Shown here piece by piece: positions 23,700 through 24,000 of a stretch of DNA of 24,000 bases. Both the position numbers and the translations under genes were made by a program. Positions within the stretch are counted from its first letter, which is position 1; each line of letters opens with the position of its first letter. The notes below the pieces were generated by a model that did not search any database, was not told the DNA's origin, and saw only the letters and a list, made by a program, of their open reading frames with translations. The stretch is from Pyrinomonadaceae bacterium. GTDB lineage: Bacteria > Acidobacteriota > Blastocatellia > Pyrinomonadales > Pyrinomonadaceae. The DNA lies in the NCBI GenBank assembly GCA_041394795.1, contig JAWKHN010000007.1:184254-208253 (forward strand), written 5' to 3'.

Positions 23700-23715
23700 T
23701 CAATCCTTGTGCCAC
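23700..23715 (-). promoter_or_regulatory. Weak candidate sigma-54-type -24/-12 element upstream of the 77-aa ORF.
   Basis: The minus strand reads GTGGCACAAGGATTGA. The TGGCAC-N5-TTG register is correct, but the conserved -12 C is A (TTGA instead of TTGC). It ends ~35 nt upstream of ATG 23664. Confidence 0.25.
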
Positions 23716-24000
23716 AAATTCCCAGAATAGGCAGATGTTGCAAACAAAAGACTTATACGACTTCGAGCCTCGCCCAATGTTGCGCCCGGCGCCACGGTTG
23801 ATGTAGCGAAATTGCGCCCCAAACATTTTTGCCACAGTCTTTGGCATGACGCCCGATGCATCCAATGCCGTTTAAAACCCCAATCTGAGGCGGATATGCA
23901 ACGAACATCTCGTATCCGAACTAAGGCGCGGGATTTGCTTTGAAAGCGTTGCGTTTTTATCGTATTCAATACGGGATAGACTACTGCCTATGAGATTGCC

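Noticed and set aside
23700-24000. The 89-aa minus ORF (23700-23969), and a minus-strand frame open to the right window edge (…IEYDKNATLSKQIPRLSSDTRCSLHIRLRLGF*, ending ~23872).
   Set aside because: Both lack recognisable motifs and ribosome-binding sites. The edge-truncated frame is too short (42 codons) to judge. It may be the tail of a gene outside the window.

Overview
The window looks like a core chromosomal region of a diderm bacterium. I cannot assign a taxon from the sequence alone. I found no rRNA, CRISPR array, transposase or integrase.

Gene order, left to right:
- ftsK (5' part, minus strand)
- prfB (minus), with the classical programmed +1 frameshift that the ORF track splits
- lnt (minus)
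- a 650-bp ORF-poor structured spacer carrying a strong sigma-54-type -24/-12 element
- a secreted TolB-N-like/TPR protein (minus)
- tRNA-Glu(UUC) (minus)
- polA (plus)
- a co-directional set: DinB-like, DoxX-like, an unusual DedA(VTT)-ATP-grasp fusion, and an NRDE/TANGO2-like protein
- uvrC (minus)
- a 730-bp divergent spacer with a GTTCCAN heptad array, two ~171-bp direct repeats and a 17-bp stem-loop
- tsaC/sua5 (plus)
- a tightly coupled trio: Rad50/SbcC-like ATPase, RNase HI-type nuclease and a secreted 13-14-blade BNR/Ycf48-like propeller
- a bidirectional terminator
- a minus-strand pair: a 77-aa acidic protein and a 157-aa secreted protein

The candidates most worth follow-up are:
- the DedA-ATP-grasp fusion and its neighbours
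- the SbcD-less Rad50-like/RNase H operon, which has a CX6C hook
- the repeat-rich uvrC-tsaC spacer
- the sigma-54-driven non-coding region upstream of lnt

All functional calls come from reading translated motifs by eye. No database search was run.
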